12,165 bases of DNA, taken from the NCBI GenBank assembly GCA_020354945.1, contig CP070655.1, positions 245,200 through 257,364 of the forward strand, given 5' to 3'. The first letter of the stretch is position 1. The number at the start of each line of letters is the position of its first letter. Both the position numbers and the translations under genes were made by a program. The notes below the pieces were generated by a model. That model saw only the letters and a program-made list of their open reading frames with translations. It was not told the DNA's origin and made no database searches. This document shows, in pieces, positions 1 to 6,805 of the stretch. This DNA is from Candidatus Omnitrophota bacterium. Its GTDB lineage: Bacteria > Omnitrophota > Gorgyraeia > JABMRG01 > JAFGKX01.

Positions 1-1536
1 GGTGGGAGGCCTTCGGTAGCACGAGCAGCTATAATGATTACCGTATTTTTAATAGCCCGCATCTTAAACCGCGAAATAGATACATATAATATTATTTCTC
101 TGGCAGGTATGTTGATATTGCTGGCAAATCCAATGCAGCTGTTCAATGCAGGATTTATTCTATCGTTTGTTTGTGTTTTTTCCATAATATATCTTTGCCC
201 CAGAATAGAAAACTTTTTTAAGCTAGAAAAGTTTAACAAAAAAGGATTGTTATATCTAATTAGGTCCTTGGTCCTTACGCTGGCAGTTTATATAGGAGTA
301 GCGCCGATAATAGCTTATTATTTTAATATAATATCCCCTGTAACCATAATTGCAAATTTATTTGTTGTGCCGCTTGCGGGATTGTTGATCTGTATAGGAT
401 TTACCTTTGTATTGCTTGGGCTGTTGCCTGTATCTTTGGCGGCTATATTTGGCTCTACCGTTTGGTTAGTCGCTTTTTTATTGGAAAGATTGATCTTTTA
501 TCTATCAAAGATTCCTTTTGCATATTTTTATATCCCTGATTTGCCCATATGGTCTATAGCCGGATATTATGCATTGATAATTTTAGCGACTGATCGAAAA
601 AGATTCAGGCTATCAAAAGGCACAGTTTTCATAATTATCCTGATATGCATAAATTTTTGTATATGGGCGCCTCTGCTTCCCGCCGGAGGCGGATCCGCAT
701 TTGGCGGAGGAAAATATCCCGAACAATTAAAAATAACCTTTCTTCATGTCGGACACGGCGATGCTATCTTTATCCAGTTTCCGAAGGGTCAAACTATGCT
801 CGTTGATACCGGAGGGAAAAGTGCGTATATGGATAAGGGAAAAGATGTAGTTATGCCTTATATATGGCATGAAGGCAAAAATGCAATAGATTGTATGCTT
901 ATTACTCACGGAGACACCGACCATTTCGGCGGGGCCTCTTCAATAATTAAAAGAACCAAGGTAAGACATTTTTTATATAATGGTATAGAGAAAGGCGAGG
1001 AAGGCTATGCACGGTTAATAGATTTAGTTAAATCCCGCTCCATAAAAACTTTTTCGCTGAAAGAAGGCGATAGAATAGAAGGATTCAAAGATACGCAGAT
1101 TCTGGTACTTAATCCTTCGGAAGAATTCCTAACCGGCCGCTATATCAATACAAACGATACCTCGGTTGTCCTGAAGCTAATATATAAGAATGTAAGTTTT
1201 CTATTATGCGCTGATATATTAGAGAAAGGCATAAAGAATATAATCCCTTACGGAGAATTATTAAACAGCGATATCATCAAAGTGCCCCATCATGGCTCAT
1301 GTGTGGATGGATATAAATATACAGCTGACTCTTTTTTTAGTTTAGTTAACCCGGATATTGCAATAGTAACCGCATCCCGAAAGTCTCTATACGCTACTCC
1401 TGCAGAGTCCACAGCGAGGCTTTTATCAGAGAAAGGCGCGTCAATATATATAACCCATAAAGATGGCGCAATAATTATTACTACTGATGGGGAAGATTAT
1501 AATCTAACTACTACATATAGCGGGAAAGCCATTTAA
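1..1536 (+). CDS. comEC: DNA internalization competence protein ComEC/Rec2 (5'-truncated; Competence membrane domain plus C-terminal metallo-beta-lactamase domain)
   Basis: The frame is open from base 1 (GGRPSVARAAIM, the typical ComEC PSxxRAxxM motif), so ATG 34 is internal. Multiple TM helices with NP..LF..GF.LSF and 'IIANL' motifs are followed by MBL motifs VGHGDA, LVDTGG, THGDTDH, NDTSVVL and KVPHHGS. Confidence 0.95.
   Translation, partial: GGRPSVARAAIMITVFLIARILNREIDTYNIISLAGMLILLANPMQLFNAGFILSFVCVFSIIYLCPRIENFFKLEKFNKKGLLYLIRSLVLTLAVYIGVAPIIAYYFNIISPVTIIANLFVVPLAGLLICIGFTFVLLGLLPVSLAAIFGSTVWLVAFLLERLIFYLSKIPFAYFYIPDLPIWSIAGYYALIILATDRKRFRLSKGTVFIIILICINFCIWAPLLPAGGGSAFGGGKYPEQLKITFLHVGHGDAIFIQFPKGQTMLVDTGGKSAYMDKGKDVVMPYIWHEGKNAIDCMLITHGDTDHFGGASSIIKRTKVRHFLYNGIEKGEEGYARLIDLVKSRSIKTFSLKEGDRIEGFKDTQILVLNPSEEFLTGRYINTNDTSVVLKLIYKNVSFLLCADILEKGIKNIIPYGELLNSDIIKVPHHGSCVDGYKYTADSFFSLVNPDIAIVTASRKSLYATPAESTARLLSEKGASIYITHKDGAIIITTDGEDYNLTTTYSGKAI
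679..708. repeat. 30-bp GC-rich palindromic element in frame inside comEC (encodes PAGGGSAFGG)
   Basis: ccgcc-ggag-gcgga|tccgc-attt-ggcgg (680-707) is a near-perfect palindrome with two G.T wobbles and one mismatch. It is a GC island in an AT-rich gene and lies in the linker between the last TM helix and the MBL domain. Confidence 0.75.
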
Positions 1537-1569
1537 TCTACCTACTATAGTGTATTTATCCTGTATTAA

Positions 1570-1628
1570 AAGACCGTTTCAGAAATGTCCCTGGGGATAC
1601 TTTCCCTTTAGGTTTCAGAAACGGCCTT
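1570..1628. repeat. Intergenic inverted-repeat element containing two GTTTCAGAAA units
   Basis: Arms aagaccgtttcagaaa (1570-1585) and tttcagaaacggcctt (1613-1628) pair with 2 mismatches. 1575-1592 matches 9757-9774 at 16/18. Confidence 0.65.
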
Positions 1629-1683
1629 AAAAATCACTTTTTAATGAACATTTTTAAAATATTAAAAATTATTTTATTTTTCC

Positions 1684-1712
1684 TTGACATAGTAAATTTT
1701 GGGTGCTAAAAT
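1684..1712 (+). promoter_or_regulatory. sigma70-type promoter for the PilZ gene
   Basis: TTGACA (1684-1689), 17 nt, TAAAAT (1707-1712), with extended -10 TG at 1704-1705 and a very AT-rich upstream tract (UP-like). Confidence 0.8.
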
Positions 1713-1758
1713 ATTAACAATGGACAAATGTATCCATTAACAGAATAAGAGGTATGGA

Positions 1759-2127
1759 ATGGCGGCTTATGTTAAGGAGAGAAGACGGTTTGGACGCATT
1801 AACGCCCGTGTGCCATTGCAATTTAAGGATATACAACGGCCGATAGAGATATATAACGGAACGCTAACAAAGGATGTCAGCGAAGGCGGAGTGCGTTTTA
1901 CCTCGAATGACTTTTTATCGATCTTCACCAGGCTCTTTGTTGAAGTATCTGTGCCATCTTTCTCTCGCCCAGTAAAGGCGATATCAAAAGTGGCCTGGAT
2001 TCAAAAACAACCGCGAGGCAGTCAGTATATGGTAGGTCTGCAATTTCTTGATATGACTGAAGAAGATAGAAAGCATCTTGCAGCATTTATTGCAAGATCA
2101 CCAAAGCCCAGGATGGCCGGCGCATAA
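1759..2127 (+). CDS. Stand-alone PilZ-domain protein (putative c-di-GMP receptor)
   Basis: RxxxR switch (ERRRFGR) and D/NxSxxG motif (DVSEGG), followed by 'KVAW' and 'GLQF' strands typical of PilZ. GAGG RBS at 1749-1752. Confidence 0.9.
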   Translation: MAAYVKERRRFGRINARVPLQFKDIQRPIEIYNGTLTKDVSEGGVRFTSNDFLSIFTRLFVEVSVPSFSRPVKAISKVAWIQKQPRGSQYMVGLQFLDMTEEDRKHLAAFIARSPKPRMAGA

Positions 2128-2128
2128 T

Positions 2129-2219
2129 TGATTACATAGAGGATACCCCGTAGAAGCTTTGACCCTTGACATCTATGATGTCAAGGGTGCAGCAGGATGT
2201 CCCCAGCTGATCGTAATTA
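2129..2219. repeat. Nested long hairpin with a perfect 12-bp core palindrome, 3' of the PilZ gene
   Basis: Core acccttgacatc-tat-gatgtcaagggt (2162-2188). Outer imperfect arms gaggatacccc (2139-2149)/aggatgtcccc (2194-2204) and tgattac (2129-2135)/gtaatta (2213-2219). Confidence 0.6.
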
Positions 2220-2245
2220 GGGTTCGATTTATCGAACCCTTTTTT
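2219..2245 (+). terminator. Rho-independent terminator after the PilZ gene
   Basis: Inverted repeat agggttcgat-tt-atcgaaccct followed directly by a T-run (2240-2245). Confidence 0.8.
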
Positions 2246-2247
2246 GT

Positions 2248-2276
2248 TTGACAAAAAACTACGCTAATGTTATATT
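2248..2276 (+). promoter_or_regulatory. sigma70-type promoter for bamD-lptE-holA
   Basis: TTGACA (2248-2253), 17 nt, TATATT (2271-2276), with TG at 2268-2269, immediately after a terminator. The ORF-track TTG start at 2248 is the -35 box. Confidence 0.8.
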
Positions 2277-2286
2277 ATCTGCAATT

Positions 2287-3252
2287 ATGAGACATAAATT
2301 TCTATTTATAATAATTTATGTAGTTCTTTGCCTATTACTATGCTCATCAGATGTCTTTTCTTATTGGATGTGGACCCCCAAGACAAAAAAGTGGATAAAT
2401 CCTAAATATGCTCCTAAAGATACACCAAAAGAGCAACTCCTTTACGCGATGGATTTATTTGAAGCAGAAGAATACAGGAAGGCATTGGAGGAGTTTAAGA
2501 AGGTTATAGCTTATTATGAGCGCTCTGAAGCAGCTGCAGAAGCCCAATATTATATAGGCCGCTGCCAGGAAAAACTGCAAAACCCTTATCATGCCTTTTT
2601 GGCTTATCAGAAGGTGATTGAAAATTATCCTTTCAGCCAGCGCATAGACGAAATCATTAAACGGGAGTATGATATAGCTGAAAGATTATTCCAGGGCGAG
2701 AAGGTAAAATTTATTGGTATGCCGTTTAAGGCTACCTCGGAACAGGCCATAGATGTTTATAAGAAAGTAGTAGCAAATGCTCCTTATAGCAAATATGCCC
2801 CGCTTGCCCAGTACAGGATAGGCCAGCTTTATAAGAGGCTGCAATTTTACAGAGAGGCCCTGGAGGCTTTTCAGAGAATCGTTGAAGATTACCCCGATAG
2901 TGAAATAGCCGATGACGCAAGATTTCAAGTAGCTGTCTGCGCTTCCGGCAGTTCTTTAGACAGCGCTTATGACCAGAAGTTTACCAGCGAGGCCATAGCA
3001 AAACTTGAAGAATTCGCCAAAAGACACCCTGATAGTGAACTGGTAAAAAAGGCCCGGAAAGAAAGAAGCGGTTTAATGGAAAAGAAGGCCGAGTCTCTTT
3101 ATGAGACTGCCCGGTTTTATGAAGGAAGAAAAAGATATAAATCGGCAATAATTTATTATGAAGATATAGTAGATAACTTCTCCTCAACCAAAATAGCGCC
3201 TCTTGCTATGGAAAAAGCAGAAGCTTTAAGGAGAAAAATTGGCGGGAAATGA
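2287..3252 (+). CDS. bamD: Outer membrane protein assembly factor BamD-like TPR protein
   Basis: Signal-peptide-like N-terminus from ATG 2287, repeated TPR units (NYPFS, NAPYSKYAPLAQY, DYPDS, RHPDSE), 'YDQ..T..AI' and 'ARFY....YKSAIIYY' BamD-like motifs, and position upstream of lptE. Start moved from 2248 to 2287. Confidence 0.85.
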   Translation: MRHKFLFIIIYVVLCLLLCSSDVFSYWMWTPKTKKWINPKYAPKDTPKEQLLYAMDLFEAEEYRKALEEFKKVIAYYERSEAAAEAQYYIGRCQEKLQNPYHAFLAYQKVIENYPFSQRIDEIIKREYDIAERLFQGEKVKFIGMPFKATSEQAIDVYKKVVANAPYSKYAPLAQYRIGQLYKRLQFYREALEAFQRIVEDYPDSEIADDARFQVAVCASGSSLDSAYDQKFTSEAIAKLEEFAKRHPDSELVKKARKERSGLMEKKAESLYETARFYEGRKRYKSAIIYYEDIVDNFSSTKIAPLAMEKAEALRRKIGGK

Positions 3253-3848
3253 GATTTAAAATTTACCCCTACACCGATTTTAATTTTCTATCGATGTTTA
3301 AAATTGGTGTTGGGGCTTATATTCCTCTTTTAATAATTTTACTGCTTATAAGCTTTTGTGGATGCGGTTATACTACTCGTTCCCTTCTGCCCCCCCACAT
3401 TAAACGAATCTATGTTGAAAATTTTGAAAATGCCATAGATATTACAGGAGAGACTTCCGAAAGAGAAGTTTATAAGACCTATAGGCCGCGTTTAGAATTA
3501 GATGTTACCAAGGCTGTTATAGATAAGTTTATATATGACGGAAATCTTAAAATATCCATGGCAGAAGATGCGGATGTGATATTGACCGGTAAATTAGTCG
3601 ATTTTAAAAGAGAGGCCTTAAGATACGATGAGGCAGATAATATAGAGCAGTACAGAATAATAATTCTGGTGAGTATAAAATTAAAAGATATAAAAGAGAA
3701 TAAGATATTGTGGCAATTTGACCGTTTCGCCGGCAGTTATGAGTATTATACAACCGGCTCGCAGGCTAAAACTGAATCCACAGCGATTAATGAAGCCATA
3801 GACGATTTAGCACGCAGAATTGTGGAACAGGCTATAGAAATCTGGTAA
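3249..3848 (+). CDS. lptE: LPS assembly lipoprotein LptE family
   Basis: Hydrophobic stretch plus lipobox-like FCG-C-GY, 'LPPHIKRIYVENFEN', 'ADVILTG', and the conserved lptE-holA adjacency. ATGA overlap with the bamD stop. An alternative start is ATG 3294. Confidence 0.85.
   Translation: MRFKIYPYTDFNFLSMFKIGVGAYIPLLIILLLISFCGCGYTTRSLLPPHIKRIYVENFENAIDITGETSEREVYKTYRPRLELDVTKAVIDKFIYDGNLKISMAEDADVILTGKLVDFKREALRYDEADNIEQYRIIILVSIKLKDIKENKILWQFDRFAGSYEYYTTGSQAKTESTAINEAIDDLARRIVEQAIEIW
3266..3315. repeat. 18-bp inverted-repeat hairpin element in the lptE 5' end
   Basis: cccctacaccgattttaa (3266-3283) and ttaaaattggtgttgggg (3298-3315): 16/18 Watson-Crick plus one G.T, with a 14-nt loop. Confidence 0.75.
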
Positions 3849-3947
3849 TCCCGCACCTTTATATATTTAAAATATCGGAAAAGATTTATTTTTAAAATAA
3901 ACATGGATACCAAAAGGACAGGGCAGGTTAGAAAAAAGGTGCAGAAT
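3848..3947. repeat. Degenerate inverted-repeat element spanning the lptE stop and holA start
   Basis: atcccgcaccttt (3848-3860) and aaaggtgcagaat (3935-3947) pair at 11/13, with an AT-rich interior. Both mismatches are G.T on the minus strand. Confidence 0.45.
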
Positions 3948-4895
3948 GCAGTATATTTTTTTACCGGTGAGGACGAATTTAGAAAGAATCTTTCTATAAA
4001 TAAATTAAAGACAAAGCTATCTTTAACTTCTAAGTCGCTTGACTTCCATATATATTACGGAGAAGACGCATCATTTGATGAGATTGCCCACAGCCTGAAG
4101 ACGCCTCCTTTTTTGGCAAGCAGGAGATTTGTTATTTTAAAGGAGGCGGAGAAACTTTCCCAAGACGATAAAGAGAAATTGATATCGTATCTTAAAAAAC
4201 CTGCCAAGACATCAATTTTTGTTATAGAAACTGAAAAGAGCCTAAACCCCAGGGACAGACTTAATATTGCTGCAAGAAGATATGCTAAGGCAATGGATTT
4301 TTCAATGCTTGATGAAGATAAGATATTTTCCTGGATAAAGAAAGAATTTAGGTTAAGAGGAAAGGAAATAGAACCCGAAGCAGTCAAATTTCTAACGGAA
4401 AATACATCCGGCAATTTAACAGCTATAAGTCAATGCATAGAGATGGCCTCACTTTATACAGGCAAAAGAAAAGATGTAAGCCGAAAAGATGTGGAGGATT
4501 TAATAGGTGAATCTACTAAAATCTCTGTGTTTAAGTTAGTGGATGAAATAAGTTTCAAAAAACAGAAATCGGCATTAAAGATACTATTGACACTTATGCA
4601 GTCAGGAAAGGATGCCCACCAAATTTTAGGGTTGTTAGCCTGGTATATCCGCCGGTTAGGCAGAGTAAAAGCCTTGCTTAAAAAAGGCAATTTTAAAAAA
4701 GAACAGATAGCCCGAAGCTTAAAGGTAAATTATTATATAGCAGGTAATATAATTAACCAGGCAAAAAACTTTACTCTCGGAGAGATTAAAAGGGCACAGC
4801 AGCTTCTCATAGAAACAGATATTGGCTTAAAAAAAAGCATCTCAAAACCACATGTTTTACTTGAGATACTTGTTATGCGTTTAAGCTCAGGCTGA
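3903..4895 (+). CDS. holA: DNA polymerase III delta subunit
   Basis: 'VYFFTGEDEF', 'TPPFLASRRFVILKEAE', 'VFKLVD' and C-terminal 'LIETDIGLK...LLEILV' motifs, ~330 aa, between lptE and rpsT. The start could be the in-frame GTG 3939. Confidence 0.93.
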   Translation: MDTKRTGQVRKKVQNAVYFFTGEDEFRKNLSINKLKTKLSLTSKSLDFHIYYGEDASFDEIAHSLKTPPFLASRRFVILKEAEKLSQDDKEKLISYLKKPAKTSIFVIETEKSLNPRDRLNIAARRYAKAMDFSMLDEDKIFSWIKKEFRLRGKEIEPEAVKFLTENTSGNLTAISQCIEMASLYTGKRKDVSRKDVEDLIGESTKISVFKLVDEISFKKQKSALKILLTLMQSGKDAHQILGLLAWYIRRLGRVKALLKKGNFKKEQIARSLKVNYYIAGNIINQAKNFTLGEIKRAQQLLIETDIGLKKSISKPHVLLEILVMRLSSG

Positions 4896-5153
4896 AATTT
4901 TTGCTATTTTAATCGATAGGCGGGTTTTATTCCTTGAAGCGGTATTCTTCTTTATTACCCCTATTTTGGCAGCTTTATCCAGAGCAGACATTACTTCTCT
5001 TAGCAGTTCGGACGCCTCTTTTTGTTTCTTTTGCCCAATTAAACCGTTTAATTTTTTAATTAGAGTTTTTAATGTAGATTTAACGGCTTTATTTCTTTGC
5101 TGTTTTTTTTTATCAGCCCTTATGCTCTTTTTGGCTGCCGGTAGATTTGCCAT
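4887..5153 (-). CDS. rpsT: 30S ribosomal protein S20
   Basis: MANLPAAKKSIR...RNKAVKS.LKT..K...LDKAAK.GVIKKNTASRNKTRL is the S20 signature. AAGGAGA RBS at the complement of 5158-5164. Confidence 0.98.
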   Translation of the reverse strand: MANLPAAKKSIRADKKKQQRNKAVKSTLKTLIKKLNGLIGQKKQKEASELLREVMSALDKAAKIGVIKKNTASRNKTRLSIKIAKISA

Positions 5154-5217
5154 CGTTTCTCCTTATTTTTATTTGCTTGGAAGCCAGAGGTCAGATTTTT
5201 CTCTTTTCTGAGAGCAA

Positions 5218-5246
5218 AGGATAGCACAGCTCGCTAAACATGTCAA
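5218..5246 (-). promoter_or_regulatory. sigma70-type promoter for rpsT, with its -35 box inside the first codons of murJ
   Basis: Minus strand: TTGACA (5246-5241), 17 nt, TATCCT (5223-5218), with extended -10 TG. Confidence 0.7.
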
Positions 5247-6805
5247 GTTCTAAATCTATAGCAAAATCAGCCTCGATTATAGGTTCGGCAACACTGCTCA
5301 GCCGTATATTAGGCTTTATACGGGATGTAATAATTGCAAGATTTTTTGGCACAGGCGCTGTTTGCGATGCCTTTATTATGGCGTTTAGCATCCCTAACCT
5401 GTTGAGGGACCTGGTAGGAGAAGGGGCCACAAACGCTGCTGTTGTGCCGGTGCTTACAGATGAACTGACCAAAAACGGAAAGGAAGAATTCTGGAAATTA
5501 GCCCATGTCCTCTTTAGCATATTTTTGGTTATACTTGCAGGTGTAACGGTATTGGGCGTTGTTTTTGCGCCTGCTATTGTAAGTGTGATAGCGTTTGGAT
5601 TTAAGGTTTCTCCAGAAAAATTTCAACAGACCATAATTTTTACCCGGCTCCTTTTCCCTTTTATATTCTTTATAGGCTTGGCTGCTTACGGCATGGGGGT
5701 TTTAAACACCCTAAAACATTTTACCATGCCGAGTTTAGGGCCTGCCCTTTTAAATGCGTCGATAATAATCTGCACAATAATCCTTTACAGGAGTATAGGT
5801 ATTTATGGCCTGATATTAGGCGTGCTTATAGGGGGGAGTTTGCAGTTTATCGTACAGATTCCTGTTTTGATAAGAAAAGGTTTTATGCCTTTTAGACAAT
5901 TTAGGTTTTATCACAGCAAGATAAAGGAAATCTTAAAGCTTATGGGCCCGCGTGCAATAGGCGCATGTGTTTATCAGGTAAATTTTGTTATCTCGCGCAT
6001 GCTTGCTTCATGGCAGGCGGTAGTAGGCGCAGGAGCGGTATCGGGCCTTTATTATGCAAACAGGCTTTTTCAATTTCCCCTGGCAATATTTGCCATATCT
6101 ATAGCCCAGGCCTCATTACCGACTATGTCCGAACATGTAGCCAGGCAGGATATAAAGAGATTAAAAGAGACACTTTCTTTTTCCTTGAGAAATGTGTTTT
6201 TGGTTACGGTGCCTGCAGCATGCGGCCTTATATTTTTACGATATCCGATAATAAGGATATTCTTTCAAAGAGGAAAGTTTGATGAATATTCGACATTTAT
6301 TACATCCCAGGCCCTGCTTTATTATTCGATAGGACTTTTTGCGGTATCCGGCATAAAGATCCTGGTAAATTGTTTTTATTCGCTTCATGATACCCGCACC
6401 CCAGTAAAGATAGCATTCTTTTCATTAATCGTAAACGTTATCTTTAGCCTGCTTTTGATGGCGCCTTTAAAGATAGCCGGGCTGGCCTTAGCATCAACAA
6501 TAGCTGTAATTTTCAATTTTTCTATGCTTATGATTTATTTAAGAAAAAGGATAGGAGCCCTTGATGAGATAGCCCTTTTTATATTTTTTATCAAAGTAGC
6601 GCTATGCGCAATAGTTACCGGCATATCAGCCTATTGGCTATTTCAAATTATCTGCACAACCTTAGGCGGAGTTTCTGCAGTTGTCTTAGGGATTAATTTG
6701 ATACTTGCCGTATTCATCAGTGCTCTTTTATTCTTTCTTCTGGCAAAGATTGCAGGCATAGAAGAGGTAAACAAAATAGAAAAATGGATATTAAAGAAAA
6801 GATAA
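5240..6805 (+). CDS. murJ: Lipid II flippase MurJ (MviN)
   Basis: 'TLLSRILGFIRD', 'DAF..AF.IPNLLR.LVGEGA', 'YYANRLFQFPL', 'FQRGKF', 'FYSLHDTRTP' and 'GLALA'. About 14 TM segments, divergent from rpsT. Confidence 0.97.
   Translation: MSSSKSIAKSASIIGSATLLSRILGFIRDVIIARFFGTGAVCDAFIMAFSIPNLLRDLVGEGATNAAVVPVLTDELTKNGKEEFWKLAHVLFSIFLVILAGVTVLGVVFAPAIVSVIAFGFKVSPEKFQQTIIFTRLLFPFIFFIGLAAYGMGVLNTLKHFTMPSLGPALLNASIIICTIILYRSIGIYGLILGVLIGGSLQFIVQIPVLIRKGFMPFRQFRFYHSKIKEILKLMGPRAIGACVYQVNFVISRMLASWQAVVGAGAVSGLYYANRLFQFPLAIFAISIAQASLPTMSEHVARQDIKRLKETLSFSLRNVFLVTVPAACGLIFLRYPIIRIFFQRGKFDEYSTFITSQALLYYSIGLFAVSGIKILVNCFYSLHDTRTPVKIAFFSLIVNVIFSLLLMAPLKIAGLALASTIAVIFNFSMLMIYLRKRIGALDEIALFIFFIKVALCAIVTGISAYWLFQIICTTLGGVSAVVLGINLILAVFISALLFFLLAKIAGIEEVNKIEKWILKKR

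Noticed and set aside
1538-1554. NrdR-box-like ctacctactatagtgta
   Set aside because: Only a half-site match, single copy, and no ribonucleotide reductase gene is adjacent.
1570-1628. Mini CRISPR array from the repeated gtttcagaaa
   Set aside because: Only two 10-bp units with a 36-nt period, too short for CRISPR repeat plus spacer, and no cas genes.
1648-1667. AT-only dyad atttttaa-aata-ttaaaaat
   Set aside because: Low complexity and expected by chance in an AT-rich UP-like tract.
1683-1709. Possible CIRCE (gggtgctaa resembles the right half GAGTGCTAA)
   Set aside because: The left half TTAGCACTC is absent at the 9-nt spacing. The match is explained by the extended -10.
2128-2245. SRP RNA, 6S RNA or c-di-GMP riboswitch next to the PilZ gene
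   Set aside because: It lacks the SRP CAGG-GNRA-AGCAG domain and the GEMM GGCAAA/GAAA motifs, and is too short for a typical 6S. Kept only as an unassigned structure.
2248-2286. ORF-track TTG start for bamD
   Set aside because: It coincides with the -35 box directly after a terminator. ATG 2287 gives a normal signal peptide.
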